Origin: Octopus vulgaris
Taxonomy: Eukaryota
Assembly (NCBI GenBank): GCA_951406725.2
Contig: OX597814.1
Location: forward strand, 101,246,001 to 101,310,000
DNA: 64,000 bases
Reading direction: 5' to 3'
This document shows, one piece after another, positions 39,640 to 52,407 of this stretch. Numbering within the stretch: position 1 is the stretch's first letter; every line of letters begins with the position of its first letter. The notes under the pieces were generated by a model. It was not told the DNA's origin. It worked only from the letters and a program-made list of their open reading frames with translations, and made no database searches. The position numbers and the translations under genes were made by a program.

Positions 39640-39722
39640 CCACACAAAAAAACAAAAGACGAAGACAGGTGGTATAGACAACAAACAGATGTATTAGTTT
39701 AAATCTCGGGAAGTGAAAAAGT

Positions 39723-39758
39723 CTTTAACGTTTCGAGCCTACGCTCTTCCACAGAAAG
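39723..39758 (-). ncRNA. minimal hammerhead-like motif with CTGTGGA core variant
   Basis: CTTT-CTGTGGA-A-GAGC-GTAG-GCTC-GAAA-CGTT-AAAG. Same architecture as 12673, with compensatory stem I (CTTT/AAAG) and a different stem II loop. Confidence 0.65.
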
Positions 39759-39765
39759 GAACGTA

Positions 39766-41035
39766 CGACGGGCGTTCAATAAGTAATGCCCCTGACCCAC
39801 TTGCAGTTGTTTGATCTAGGTGAAATTTTGCATGTGCACCTATTTATATCTCTATAGATTAAGTGGTGAATTACAGCTCTGAACTAATTGTGGTTTCTAA
39901 TTTACAGGTGTTTGAACTGAGTCAAGTGTGAAATGGAGCCTGTTGAGTGTCGAGTAGTGATCTGGTTTTTGTATTTGAAAGGACGCACACCACGGGAGAC
40001 TTTTGATGAAATGAAAGTAACTTATGGTGATGATGCCCCATCATATGACCTTGTAAAACGCTGGCATTGTGAATTCAAACATAGTCGGAACTCTGTGGAA
40101 ACAGCTCCCAGATCTGGTCGTCCTCTTCTGCCGTTGATGAGACGTCTGTCCGTCAAGTTGAGGCTGCCATTTTGGAAGGTCAACGCATAACTATTAGCCA
40201 AATAGCCCATAAGGTCAAGATTAGTACCGGGTCTCTGGAAACTATCATTCATGACCATTTGCATATGCAAAAGGTGTCTGCCAGATGGATTTCCAGGTTG
40301 CTCACACCTTTCCAGAAGCAAGAACGCGTTGAGTGCTCGAGGATAAATTTAGAGATGTGTCAAGAAGATGAGTCAAAATTTTTCAGAAGACTGATCACAC
40401 AGGATAAAACCTGGGTATATCACTATGATCCAGAGACCAAAGCCCAGTCAATGCAGTGAAAGCTCCGTGACTCATGTCCTCCAAAGAAGGCAAGGGTGCA
40501 GCCCTCCGCTGACAAGGTTATGCTCACAGTCTTCTGGGACCAGGACGGAGTAGTGATGACAGATTTCCTGGCAAAGGGTACCACAATTACAAGAGCCTAT
40601 TATGCTTCACTTTTGAGGAAATTAAGAGAAGCTATCAAAATCAAGAGGCGGGGCAAGATCAGCAAAGGCATCCTCCTCCTGCAGGACAACGCTCCGGTCC
40701 ACAACTCGCGTGTCGCCAGAGCAGAAGCACAGGCGTGCAGCTATGAACTCCTCCCCTTGCACCCTCTGATTTTCACCTCTTCCCAGCCATGAAGTTGATT
40801 TTGAAAGGAAAGCGTTTCCCAGATGATGCAGCCTTGATTTCTGAAGTCACGTCGTGGTTGGAGGACCAAGCTGGGGTCTTCTACAAAAACGGTCTCCAGA
40901 GCTGTATCAAACGATGGGAGAAATGCATAACTCTGGGTAGTTCCTATGTAGAAAAAGACTAATAACTGTGCCAAGTGTCGTTGCTCTACTGCTATGGGAA
41001 GTGGGTCAGGGGCATTACTTATTGAACGCCCCTCG
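39766..41035 (+). mobile_element. full-length (1270-bp) mariner transposon, defective
   Basis: 37-bp TIRs CGA(C/G)GGGCGTTCAATAAGTAATGCCCCTGACCCACTT with one mismatch. TA duplications at 39764-39765 and 41036-41037. Confidence 0.95.
39933..40962 (+). pseudogene. mariner transposase pseudogene
   Basis: HTH region, PRSGRP, ARW, LITQDKTWVYHYDPE, LLQDNAPVH, and LAPSDFHLF...YVEKD* in a shifted frame. It has frameshifts, a stop at ~40457 and lacks the HPPYSPD segment. Confidence 0.9.
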
Positions 41036-41319
41036 TAGGAAGAAACAAAGAGAGAAAATAGAGAATGTGTAGTGGACGCTATTCTCATTCACCAAAATTT
41101 TATTTATTGTTTATAGTTATTTTTCGCCAAATAGACACACGCACTATATTTTGTTATTTCTTCATTCGTTTATTACTGTTATTTTATTATTTTAACGCCT
41201 GTCCATTGCCCGGAAATCTTTCGTCACACATCTGTGACCACTTCAGTGACACTTTTCGTTTCTGTGGCCTTCCCTTCAGCTCCAACCTCTCACACCAATG
41301 TGCAGCTGCTGTTCTAAAA

Positions 41320-42308
41320 CCCTAGAAAATAAAAGAAAGGTACAGTTCCTGTATTCCTGTGTGCATGTGTCTGCGCCCCCAGAGTTGCCATCGTAGTAGC
41401 TATTGTTGTTGTTATTACCATCGTCGGCACCGTCGCTGCTGCTGACCGTGTTAGTTGTGTTGTTGACATCATATTGTCCATCCACGAGGTTTCATGTGTG
41501 TATATGGGTCCGCTTCATATGTATACATACCCTTTATATACTTTTATTTATTTATTTTATCTATCTCTGTCTTCCTTTTCTCTGTCTTCAACAGAAAGAA
41601 ATAAAGGAAAACAAACGGAGAGAGAATGAAAATAAACGTGTAGAGTTCAGTCCAGCATGGCCAATGACTGAAAAATAAAAGCGGTTAAAAACAAGGGAGA
41701 TAATAGTAGTGCTAGTGATCCCAACAAGAGGTCCGCCTGCAAAAGTGTGTGTGTAAAAATGGCGTGTGTATAAGTGTGTATGTGTGAATAGGGATTAGAG
41801 GGGGGGGGTGCGTGTGTAATGTGTGTGTGTAACGTGTGTGTGTTGTGTGTAACAGTTGATGTGTGCTTTTTCGTGTGGTGTGTGTGTGTATGTGTGTGTA
41901 TGTTGTCAAACAGTCTGCATGTGTACGGTGTATGCATGTGGGCGAAATTTATCTTAGTCTATGTATGTTGTATGTGTTAATGCGTGTTGCGTGTGAACGT
42001 ATATATTGTCTGTTTTCAGGTATTATGTGTTTGTGTAGGAGTGGGAGCATATATTGTCTGTGTTCAGGTATTATGTGCTTGTGAGGGTGTGGGAGTGTGC
42101 ATGTGGGTGCTGAGAAGTGATCAGTGCTAGTGTGTCTGGAGTCCTAAGGGGTTGGGGTCAGAAGAGGAGAGGAGCTGAGGTTAGTGTCAGATGAAATGAG
42201 GGGTGCGTTGAGTCCATATGGCGCAAAGGACCGAAGACAGAAAAATAATTCCTCTTCACGGCAAAGGCGGGAGCCCGGATTGCCCCTGTGCAATGATAAT
42301 CCGAACAC
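41320..42308 (-). mobile_element. Penelope-type 3' fragment (GIY-YIG C-terminus + CA-rich 3' region)
   Basis: Minus-strand VFGLSLHRGNPGSRLCREEELFFCLRSFAPYGLN (~42200-42308) is homologous to the peptide at 46640-46760. The likely terminal repeat continues at 41038-41085 and 39640-39763. Confidence 0.7.
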
Positions 42309-43326
42309 ACACATATATATATATATGTATCATATAATATAAATTGGACATGGGAGATCGTTGTATTCTTTCTTGTCTTGAGGCTCACAGCCAAACGTCT
42401 GGGTGGATTCGCGTGAGATATGGCACATATGTGGAGACGGGTGCATAGATTGGAATGTGGTTGGCACTTTTCCCTAGCCTTGATAGTTATAGAGAAAATT
42501 GATTAAAACTTTTCCTAATGGAATTCCCTTGTTTGTTCCGCCATTAAAACAATCAGTTGCTCACACAGCCGGCATATACCATTTCGCTAGCAACAAGAGG
42601 AGTACAGGATGACAGTCAGTCAAAACTTTCGCTATGCTGTCTCTCTTTTTTCACCTCTTTGTGAGGTTAATAATCTTAATCTTTAGTTACAGTTTCTCAT
42701 TAAAACTACATAATAGGCAGAATTGTCAGATTAAGATAGTAGGGTATTTTGAGGGAGATGTGGCTGCTATTTCTACGAAGGTCTAGCTCCCATATAGAGG
42801 TTTGAACTTAATTTTCATTCACATATTTGCATTAAGACATCAATCATCACGACACACGCCTTCATTCACTCTACCTCTCTTTCTGACCCTCTTTCTCTGT
42901 CACATACACACGCGCAAGCACGCACGCACACACACACATGCATACACACGTCCATTTCATATATCTTCTTTCAATTTCTGCTTTCTGCAAATAAAATTTT
43001 TACAGATACAACTGCCTACAAAAATAGGGATTAACGCATAATTTCTTTTTATGTTCATAATTAAATCAATGTTTTAATGATTAGACAGAGGTCCAATAAA
43101 ACAGCTCTCAGAAACAGACTACGTACAAATTTGTTCTTCACAACTCCTGAAGATGTTTTCTGACAAGGGAGTGGAGTCAGGAAATTTTCATACAGCTGGA
43201 GGCTCCAATCGAAACAGAAGACCTGAAATAATAAGATTAAGAAACGCTGTTATACATTATGCCTAACCGAAAACGATCACAGCCACATTATCCAAACAGA
43301 TCGGGTGAAACCGGTCTTAGCTGCTA

Positions 43327-43410
<84 letters not shown>

Positions 43411-43476
43411 AAACGAAAGAAGGGCACTCAACAAATTTCTTGGGAGTTACATGTATGGATCAAAACAGTTTGGGCG

Positions 43477-43515
<39 letters not shown>

Positions 43516-43866
43516 GAGAGAGAGAGAGAACATAGACACATACATACATACACACACACACGCACATATAAATATATATATATTTATACATATGGGTGTG
43601 TGTGTGTGTGTAACTCAACAAATAATTACAAACTAACAATTTGTATACATTATTTATTTCTATTTGTGCTAACGGTCGTTTTTCTTCTTTTTACTTAACA
43701 AAACCTTATGGATCACTAATTTCTACGATAAACATCCATTATACAAACATTCAGTTTTTAATCTACTTTTGTAAATGTGTGTGTGTTTCTGAGTGCATGT
43801 GTGTGTCTGTGTGTGAATGTGTGCGTGCGTGTGTGTGTTTGTATGTGTGTGTGTTTGTGTGTGTGA

Positions 43867-43941
<75 letters not shown>

Positions 43942-44132
43942 TACGTTCTTATGTTCCTACAGTTATTCTTTGACCAGTACATGATTTTTTCCAGTGAATG
44001 CTTACTGTTATCCAACTAGTGAGGATCGTTGCACATTCATGGAATTAGCAATATTATGTAAATCCAAGCTCCGTTAAACAAATGCTTTACATACTATTAG
44101 TTTCTTACCTTCTTAACTTGAAGTCTTTATGT

Positions 44133-44820
44133 TTCACCAATAACTAACAAATTAGCAATTACTTCAAATTTTCACCAAAAGCGAACAAGTTAGCTTATTA
44201 CAACAGATTTTCACCAAGGTGAGCTGGCGAAATGCTTAGCAGTATTTCGTCTGCCGCTACGTTGTGAGTTCAAATTCCGCCGAGGTCAACTTCGCTTTTA
44301 ATCTTTTCGTGGATTAAAAAGTACCAGCTATGCACTGGGGTCGATCTAATCGAATTAATCCCTTCGTCTGTCCTTGTTTGTCCTCTCTATGTTTAGCCCC
44401 TTGTGTGCAATAAAGAAATAAACAAATTTGCTATTTCTTTAGATTTTCACCAATAGCCAACAAATTATCTATTCTGATTTTCACCGAAAACCAACAAATT
44501 ACCTATTGCTTCAGATTTTCACGAATAACCCACATCTTAGCTATTACTTCAGATTTTCACCAATAACCAACAAAGTAGCTATTACTTCAGATTTTTACCA
44601 ATAACCAACAAATTAACTATAGCTACAGAATTTCACCAATAACCAACAAATTAACTATAGCTACAGATTTTCAACACTAACCGACAAATTAGCTATTACT
44701 TTAGATTTTTTCCTATAACCAACAAATTCGCAATTCAGATTTTCACCAATTATCAATAAATTTGCTGTTCCTTTAGATTTTCACCAATAACCAACAAATT
44801 AGTTATTATTTTAGATTTCC
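44133..44820. repeat. 38-bp minisatellite (CAGATTTTCACCAATAACCAACAAATTAGCTATTACTT), about 13 diverged units, split by a SINE
   Basis: Contiguous units with no unique spacers. Confidence 0.9.
44217..44420 (+). mobile_element. SINE family B inserted in the minisatellite
   Basis: GGTGAGCTGGCGAAATGCTTAGC...GCAATAAAGAAATA. Confidence 0.85.
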
Positions 44821-45004
44821 TCTTATGCCAATACAAATTGTACATCCTCCCCGTTTAACTTGCAAAATGTTTGTCTTTCCCGCCTTGTATATTTATTATA
44901 CCTCCCGTGCTCCGTTTACTCCAACGAACTCAATTTAATGCATCTTAACGGCATTACTATATAAAAGTTGAATGTGAACTTTTTTCACTGACAAAAATGA
45001 GTAA

Positions 45005-45110
45005 CGCTGCGATGGACTAGTGTCCCGTCCAGCTGGGGAACACATACGCCATAGAAACCGGGAAACCGGGCCCCTGAGCCTGGCTAGGCTTTAAAAGAGC
45101 GCATTTATTT
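45005..45110 (+). mobile_element. SINE 3' domain fragment related to family D
   Basis: CTGCGATGGACTAGTGTCCCGTCCAGCTGGGGAAC...ATACGCCA resembles the tail of 26056-26348. Confidence 0.6.
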
Positions 45111-46119
45111 ATTTTTTTTTATTTTATGTTATGATGTGTTTTATAATTTTCCGAGTTTTCCTGTAAATAAATAGAAATGCTTATAACAACTGGAAAATAA
45201 TGAACAGAAATTCATTTGTCATTAGTTTATTGTACCTAAGTACCAGATGATCCCTGGAAGATTTCCTCAAAATTAGATTGAAAATTCTGTTATCTATACA
45301 AAGATATGTATATTTTTTCTTTCGATTACTGGAGACACTTACTTTTTGAAATAATAACGATATGTCAATTATCCAAATCTCACTTACACTTATATTTTCA
45401 AAATGTAGCGAAGAAGAAATTGAAAATGACTAAGAAATATATGAGTAATTGAATTGTTTATTAGAAGATAATATATTGACGGATATTACTTAATCGTGGC
45501 ATTATCATTACATTGTAAAGATGATTTCTTTTGACAAATATAATTGTAAATGCTAGAGTTTCTCAAATAACTGTAGACATCAAAAACAAAACAAAAAGCT
45601 ATCCTCTGACTCTATAATTATATTAGTAAAATTCAGGATATTATCTCTATCCATCATTAGAGATATTAAATGCGCATATTTATTGTTCACCTTATTTTAT
45701 TGACACATTCTATCGATAAAGACAGTTTCATTTAACAACTATAAGCTATGACAGTTTATTTTCCCTGTGATAATTGCAAGCATCAAAAGAGAATTTTTGA
45801 CGGCGTTAATATATTAATGAAATCAATTCTGTTATTTTTATTCCACCATAAGGGATAATAGTTTATATATTTATATCTCTGAGCATGTATTAATTCTTTT
45901 TATTTTCTTGGCATTCCAACTCAAAGAGAAATAAATGTCTTGAGAATCTAGTAAATTATGAATATAGTACAGTGACCTCTTTTCTTGCGAAAAATATTCA
46001 TCTTGTAATCGACCTTCGTGAGCACCTGATAGATATCTTCTGTTCTCGAAGTGACCCATCGAAAAGAGTGTGTATGTCTGAATGTCCGCGCACACGCATT
46101 CTTCCTCTCATAATTTTTT

Positions 46120-46150
<31 letters not shown>

Positions 46151-46216
46151 CTCCCTTGCTTTCTCTCTCTTTCTCTCTTTCTCTTTCTTTCTCTCTCACA
46201 CACACACATGCGTATA

Positions 46217-46478
46217 TATGTGGTTGTGTGGTAAGAACCTTACTTCCCAACACATGGTTCTGGGTTCAGTCCCACTGCGTGACACCTTGGGCAAGTGTCT
46301 TCTACTATAGTCGTGGACCAACCAAAACCTTCTGAATGGATTTGGTTGACGGAAACTGAAAGACGCTCGTCGCAGACGTGAGTGTGTCTGCATGTGTGTA
46401 TATGTGTGCGTGTGTGTATGTGAATGTGTGTGTGTATCTGCGTTTCTGTGTTTGTTCACTGACCATCGCTTGACAATC
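46217..46478 (+). mobile_element. SINE family A, 3'-truncated
   Basis: Homologous to 4402-4665. Confidence 0.8.
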
Positions 46479-46492
46479 TTTACTTTTTTTAT

Positions 46493-46527
46493 GTTTCTGA
46501 CGAAAAGCTCCGCTCGAAACGTTAAAT
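46493..46527 (+). ncRNA. minimal hammerhead ribozyme motif (same family as 12673)
   Basis: GTTT-CTGACGA-A-AAGC-TCC-GCTC-GAAA-CGTT-AAAT with one stem II mismatch. The downstream flank is nearly identical to 12708-12744. Confidence 0.65.
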
Positions 46528-46639
46528 CCTCCTTCTTTCTTCCCTTTCCTGAGCGTTCAATAACACTATCCTTGTTCCACATCCTCGCATTGTGTTTTCT
46601 CTTTGTTCATGTTTGGAGTAACTATATATGTATATTGCA

Positions 46640-47588
46640 ACACATCACCGTGTTCGGATTGCCCTTGCTCAGAGGCCATCCGGACTCCCGTTTGCGCCGT
46701 GAACAGGGATTAATCTTCTCCCTTCGCTTCTTTACTCCACATGGGCTCAACTCTCCTCCACTTGCCTCTCTCCCCCTCCCTCCTACTTCCTCCCACCCAC
46801 TCCTCTTCTCATGCTCCGATACCTACTTCTCTTCACCCCTACCCTCTTTCTCTCTTCTCTCATACCCACCTTCCTTTACCCCTTCATCATCAACCCTCCC
46901 CCATAAGCCAACCTCGCCCCTACACATTCCTACCCCACCTTCCCTATCCTTCCCATCCCACCCCTTCCCCTCCCTTACACCCTCTCACACATACCCGACC
47001 TCTACCCCATCTTCTGCCTACCCACATACCCACCCCTTCCCCTCCCTTACACCCTCTCACACATACACGACCTCTACCCCATCTTCTGCCTACCCACATA
47101 CCCACCCCTTCCCCTCCCTTACACCCTCTCACACATACCCGACCTCTACCCCCATCTTCTGCCTACCCACATACCCAACCTCTATCCCAACCCTGAGCCT
47201 AACCCACACCCCACCCGTGCTTTCCCCACTCTCGTCTCCTCCACCTCCCAACACCATCACACCACACCACACTACACCATACCACACAGCACATCACATC
47301 ACAACACACCACCACGCACACACCAGCACTGACCAATTCCCATCCCCACATTTTCACACCTACACATACACACACGCAAACGTCAAGATCACCAGCCCTC
47401 TTTCACACGCACATACGTACTCTCTTACACACACATTCACCTTCGTTTTGGGAGCTCTACTACTTTGTTATCTTCCCTATTTCTTAGCTCTCCTGCGTGA
47501 CCCTTCTGTCGCCAGCGCCATGATAGATTGGTAGCCACTACACAAATTTTTTCTCCCCTTGCTCCTTTCTGTGTTCTTTTCTGGTGGA
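46640..47588 (+). mobile_element. Penelope-type 3' fragment (GIY-YIG C-terminus, C-rich 3' region, truncated terminal repeat)
   Basis: VFGLPLLRGHPDSRLRREQGLIFSLRFFTPHGLN has the RE-x2-(L/W)I-x2-L-x4-P-x-GLN ending typical of Penelope endonucleases. It ends CCACTACAC...TTCTTTTCTGGTGGA, matching the start of the 39723 motif family. Confidence 0.7.
46957..47174. repeat. 72-bp tandem repeat x3, C-rich (G-rich on the minus strand)
   Basis: The unit CCCACCCCTTCCCCTCCCTTACACCCTCTCACACATACCCGACCTCTACCCCATCTTCTGCCTACCCACATA starts at 46957, 47029 and 47101. Confidence 0.95.
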
Positions 47589-47646
47589 TTAATTGCAAGT
47601 TTGATTCACATTCGCTCGGTTAACCAATTGTTTGCTTTTATAGATG

Positions 47647-48095
47647 CGAGGTCTGATCAATAAGTATCCTGATTTGCCATAGTAAAGAAGCTAAAACATG
47701 TAGAGTGAAGCTCCTCGGAACAGATTGCCCTTGAAGAAACCTGTGTAACGTGTGATCGTCGCATTGACCATGACAGAAAAAGTTGCCATGGTGATACCTG
47801 CTCAGAGGCCTACGCAAAGTTGTAGAAGGTGTATGGAGAGGAGAGTATGAGCCGCTCACAAGTGTGCGACTGGTTCAGACGTTTCGAAGATAGCCCAAAA
47901 AATGTCGATATTGTCGCACGTTCCTGGGAACCTGCAACCAACAGAAATGGGAAAAACATCGCGGATATGTGTGCAGCTGTGAGGGGAAAGCGTCGAATCA
48001 CCATCCGTGAGTTATGAGAAAGTGCGCAGATTAATTACGGTTCAGTTCAGTCCATTATCACCCAGAACTGCTTTCAGCTGACCAAAAGACCATGA
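47647..48095 (+). mobile_element. mariner 5' fragment
   Basis: TIR-like CGAGGTCTGATCAATAAGTATCC and the HTH peptide YGEESMSRSQVCDWFRRFE...RRITIREL. Confidence 0.75.
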
Positions 48096-48143
48096 GAGCG
48101 AATTTGATGGGGGAAATTATATATATATATGTATATATATATA

Positions 48144-48202
<59 letters not shown>

Positions 48203-48630
48203 CGTGTCTACGTCTGTGTGTTTAATGTGCGTGAGTGTCTATGTTTTTTAGTGTTTGTGTTTGTCTTCTACACCACTTCAAAACTCGGTATTGATATTTT
48301 ACGTACTCATAACTTAACGGTTCGCGATCAGAGACAGATAAAATAAGCAGCAGACTTTTAAACAATGTTTAAGTAGTAGGATCAATTTGTACGACTAAAC
48401 ACTTCAAGGCGGTGCTTCGACATACCCGCATTTCAATGACTGAAACAAACGATAAAGGTAAAAATATGTGAAGACAATTACACAAACTTTGCAAATGCGA
48501 AAATATTCTTCTGAAATAATTGAACAGTATGCTTACCTTTCCGAATGAAGTTTAAAGAAATGATTAACCAGTTCGGTCCCATCCGGGTTTTAATTCTCTG
48601 TTGGAAACAAATTGCATTCATAACCATAGA

Positions 48631-49040
48631 GGTGACTGCGTGATAAGGACTTTTCTTCCGTACCATTTAGTTCCAAGTTTAATCCCACTGCATGGTACTT
48701 TGGGCGAGTGTCTTCTATTATAGTCTCACGCCTTTATGAGTGGATTTGGTAGACGGAAGCTAAAAGAAGCCCATCGTTTATGTGTGTGTGTGTGTGTGCG
48801 TGTGTGTGTGTGCGTGTGTGTGTGTGTGTGTGCGTGCGTGTATTTGTCCTCCACCACCGCTTGACAACTGGTACTGGTGTGTTTACGTTCTCGTTACATA
48901 GTAGTTCGGCAAAACAAACCGATAGAATAAGTACCAAGCTTTAAAAAATAAATACTAGGGTTGATTCAATCGACTAAAAACAAAATCTTCAAGGTGGCGC
49001 CCGAGAATGGCCACAGTTTGATGACTGAAACAAGTAAAAG
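48631..49040 (+). mobile_element. SINE family A, diverged
   Basis: GAGTGGATTTGGTAGACGGAA body and ATGACTGAAACAAGTAAAAG tail. Confidence 0.8.
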
Positions 49041-49629
49041 TAAAACAAGAAAAGTGAAAAGAACTCAAACAGTTCCGGCATAAAACCTTCTCAGAAGTCT
49101 AGTTATGCAAACCTACAAATTGCTCCAGGGAGGTTATTTATATGAATGCGTACCTTGCAGTATTCGAACGTCTGCTTGGTCTCACAAAATGGTGGTAATA
49201 AATTTGGTTCGTACCAAATTGACTGTGACCAGATATTATGAGCTCACAGTTGGAGTTCCATGATGATGATACTGTATCCCTTGAAATATGACTATAATAA
49301 GGGGTTAGATATCATTGGGATATTCAATCCCCACTTTAATATACGCTACACAGATATTTATCCCTTCATCTGCAACGTGCAATATCTTTATGTCTTTGTT
49401 AGTCATATTTTAGATGCTGGGCTCCTTCACATGAGGCCAACAAGGCACTTTACTCCTTCATATGAAACCAATGAGTTTTGTCTGAAAACCCAACCACCTG
49501 AAGTCTTCTACGATTACACTAAGTGACGTAAATTGCAAATTATACGTCGGATGAGATATCTCCTGTAATGTTAATAAAATATGATGGATAATGATGACTA
49601 TAATATAATAATGGTGGTGGTGGTGAAGT

Positions 49630-49663
49630 AGAAGAAGAAGAAGAAGAAGAAGAAGAAGAAGAA

Positions 49664-49710
<47 letters not shown>

Positions 49711-49720
49711 AGAAGAAGGA
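49630..49720. repeat. (GAA)n microsatellite
   Basis: Direct observation. Confidence 0.95.
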
Positions 49721-50450
49721 AAAGAAGGGACGTTGCACTGGTACACAACGAAGCGTAAATATCAAATGTAAATTGAATGTTCCCACAGGAGTGACAGACA
49801 GACAGGCAAACAGGCAAACAGACAGACAGATAAATACTTACTTATACTTATATACTACATGCAAAACATACCAACATACTTACAAAGAGGTTGGTTTTTA
49901 TTGGACCCGTCTAGCAACCGGTTAGCGATTTCAATACCTTCTAATGAGACTCTTAAGGACGGAGTAATATTAACTGAATAGTTCTCATAGATATTAAACA
50001 GCTTGAGAAGGTTTTCGAGTGACTTACCCCAAGATTATAGATGAGTTCATTTAATCCAATATCTGGAATATCATATGATGAAGGTATTTCTTGCTACTTG
50101 AGTTGGTTGAGATCAACTTTTATGCTAATAAAGGCATCATGGGAATATGTCTTAGAATTTTATGGTCTTGAAACTTCTATTTACCATATTTTATTTCTTT
50201 AATTTTCTTCATTCATTATCTATCGTTTTACTTAATGTATATACAGACGCATGTGTAGCAAATACAGAGATAGAAAGACACATGGGTGTATTCATACATG
50301 CAATCATAAACGCACATGCGAACGCACAGTTATAGACATATATGCATATGGGTTTGTGTGTGTCTGTGTTTATCAATAGACAAACATATGTATACATATA
50401 CATGTGTGCGTGTGTGTGCATGTGAGTATGAGTATTTATATATATATATA

Positions 50451-50571
50451 TTTACCAACCACACGTTTTCGGGTTCAGTCCCACTGTGTAGCCAGTTTCT
50501 TCTACTATAGCCTCGGGCCGATTAAAGAAGTGTGAGTAGATTTGGTAGACGGAAACTGAAAGAAACCCGTA

Positions 50572-50609
<38 letters not shown>

Positions 50610-50825
50610 GTGCGTGTGTGAGTGTGTTTTTGTGTGTTTGTTCCCCCAACCCTCTCTTGACAACCGATGCTGTGGTGTGTTTACGTCCCCGTAATCTAGC
50701 CGTTCGGCAAAAGAGACCGACAGAATAATTACTGGGCTTACAAAGAATAAGTCCTGCGGTCGATTTGTTCGACTAAAGGCGGTTCTCCAACATGGCCACA
50801 GTCAAATGGCTGAAACAAAAACATA
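50451..50825 (+). mobile_element. SINE family A, 5'-truncated
   Basis: Homologous to 4435-4810. Confidence 0.85.
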
Positions 50826-50882
50826 TAAAAACAGAAAAAGTACATAAGTATGTACAGGTGTATATATGTATATGTCTATCTC

Positions 50883-50916
<34 letters not shown>

Positions 50917-51029
50917 CAAAATGGGACAAGAACGCAAAACATTCGAATAGACGATACAAAAAACACGGACGAGTCATTCGAAGCCTGTAATCTTCAGTCA
51001 AGAACCGGATCATCCTCGCAATTTCGGAG

Positions 51030-51760
51030 TTTTGCAATGTTATTTTATTCACCTAGTTTTACATGTTTACACTTTCATCGCTTTCAAAGTATTCTCCATT
51101 TGAAGCAATTCGTTGGTCCAGACGCGTTTTCGACTATTCAAAGCAGAGTTAGACGTCTTGCGAAGTGATGCTTTTTAACGCTTCCGTCGTTTCTTCTTCA
51201 CCTCTTCAACATCTGCAAATTCTGTAGCACCAGCTTTCATCAACAGTGATAACCTTCGAAAAAAGGTCCGGATCAACTTCCAAATGTTCTTTCAGTTCAT
51301 AAGACACGTTCAGTCATGACTACTTGATCATCAGTGAGCAAGCGAGATACGAATTTTACTGCAACTCTTCTCATTCGCAATTCCTCGCTGAAAATACGTT
51401 GGCATGTGCTCCAGGACACACCAGGCATATCAACAAGTTCGTCAATTGTTCAGTGATGGTTTTCCTAGATCAGTTCATGAATATTCATGATGTTTTCATT
51501 CGTTCGGGAGGGCGAGCTGAACGAGATTTTTCTTCAAGCGATAAGTGACCATTCCTAAAGCGTGAAACCACTGGTAAACTTGTATTTTCCTCATGACAGC
51601 GTCGCAACTGTTTCGGCCGCCGCTTTCTCCACCAGAAAACAGAATTTCATGGAAGAACTCCTTCGTTTCAGACGTCGCAAAAATCGACGTACAGGGGAGA
51701 AGCTCTGCAAAACAAAGACACGCCACGTGGCAGTACGACCTCAGTCGGCATACTGATGGT
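51030..51760 (-). mobile_element. decayed mariner transposase remnant
   Basis: Minus-strand DAVMRKIQVYQWF (HTH-like) and VEEVKKKTTEALKSI...RLDQRIASNGEYFE (mariner C-terminus). Confidence 0.7.
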
Positions 51761-52292
51761 TGAGTGTTGCAACGAGTAAATTCTAGCAGAGGGAGACCGA
51801 ACTATAACGAGCTTGTTTTTATCCGTTTATATTATTTGACATTGATTTAAATTCCAAAAGTTTATCAATGGTCTCATTGCAAATGATACAGCAGCCATCC
51901 AGGCATCTTTTCCAGTTCTCTCATATAATGGTAGGTTAGATATCCATATTTTTGCAGTGACACTTCATATATGGTGAATTCAAGATATCCTATTGTTAAG
52001 GCGCTGCTTTCCTTCCTATCGAAATTACGCATTTTTGACGACAGTAGGTGTCAATAAATAGAAAATAATTATTCTGAACTATTTCCGTAAAGCTCGTGTC
52101 TGAAAAATTAAATGGATGTTTAATTGTTAAGATGTTTTTCTTAACATAAAACCAATAGTAGCCTTGACACAAAGAAATTTTATTCACCAATGCGGTTCAT
52201 AGACAAATAAACATTTTATCCAACGATGCTTTCGACATTTACACACACACAGACGCACACATATATATACATATACATACATATATATATAC

Positions 52293-52407
<115 letters not shown>

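Noticed and set aside
44133-44820. CRISPR-like regular repeats
   Set aside because: The units are contiguous diverged copies without unique spacers, there are no cas genes, and the context is eukaryotic.
46392-47534. 380-aa Pro/Ser/Thr/His-rich ORF as a gene
   Set aside because: It reads through a SINE, a pLTR, an endonuclease remnant and a 72-bp C-rich repeat. It is open because of base composition.
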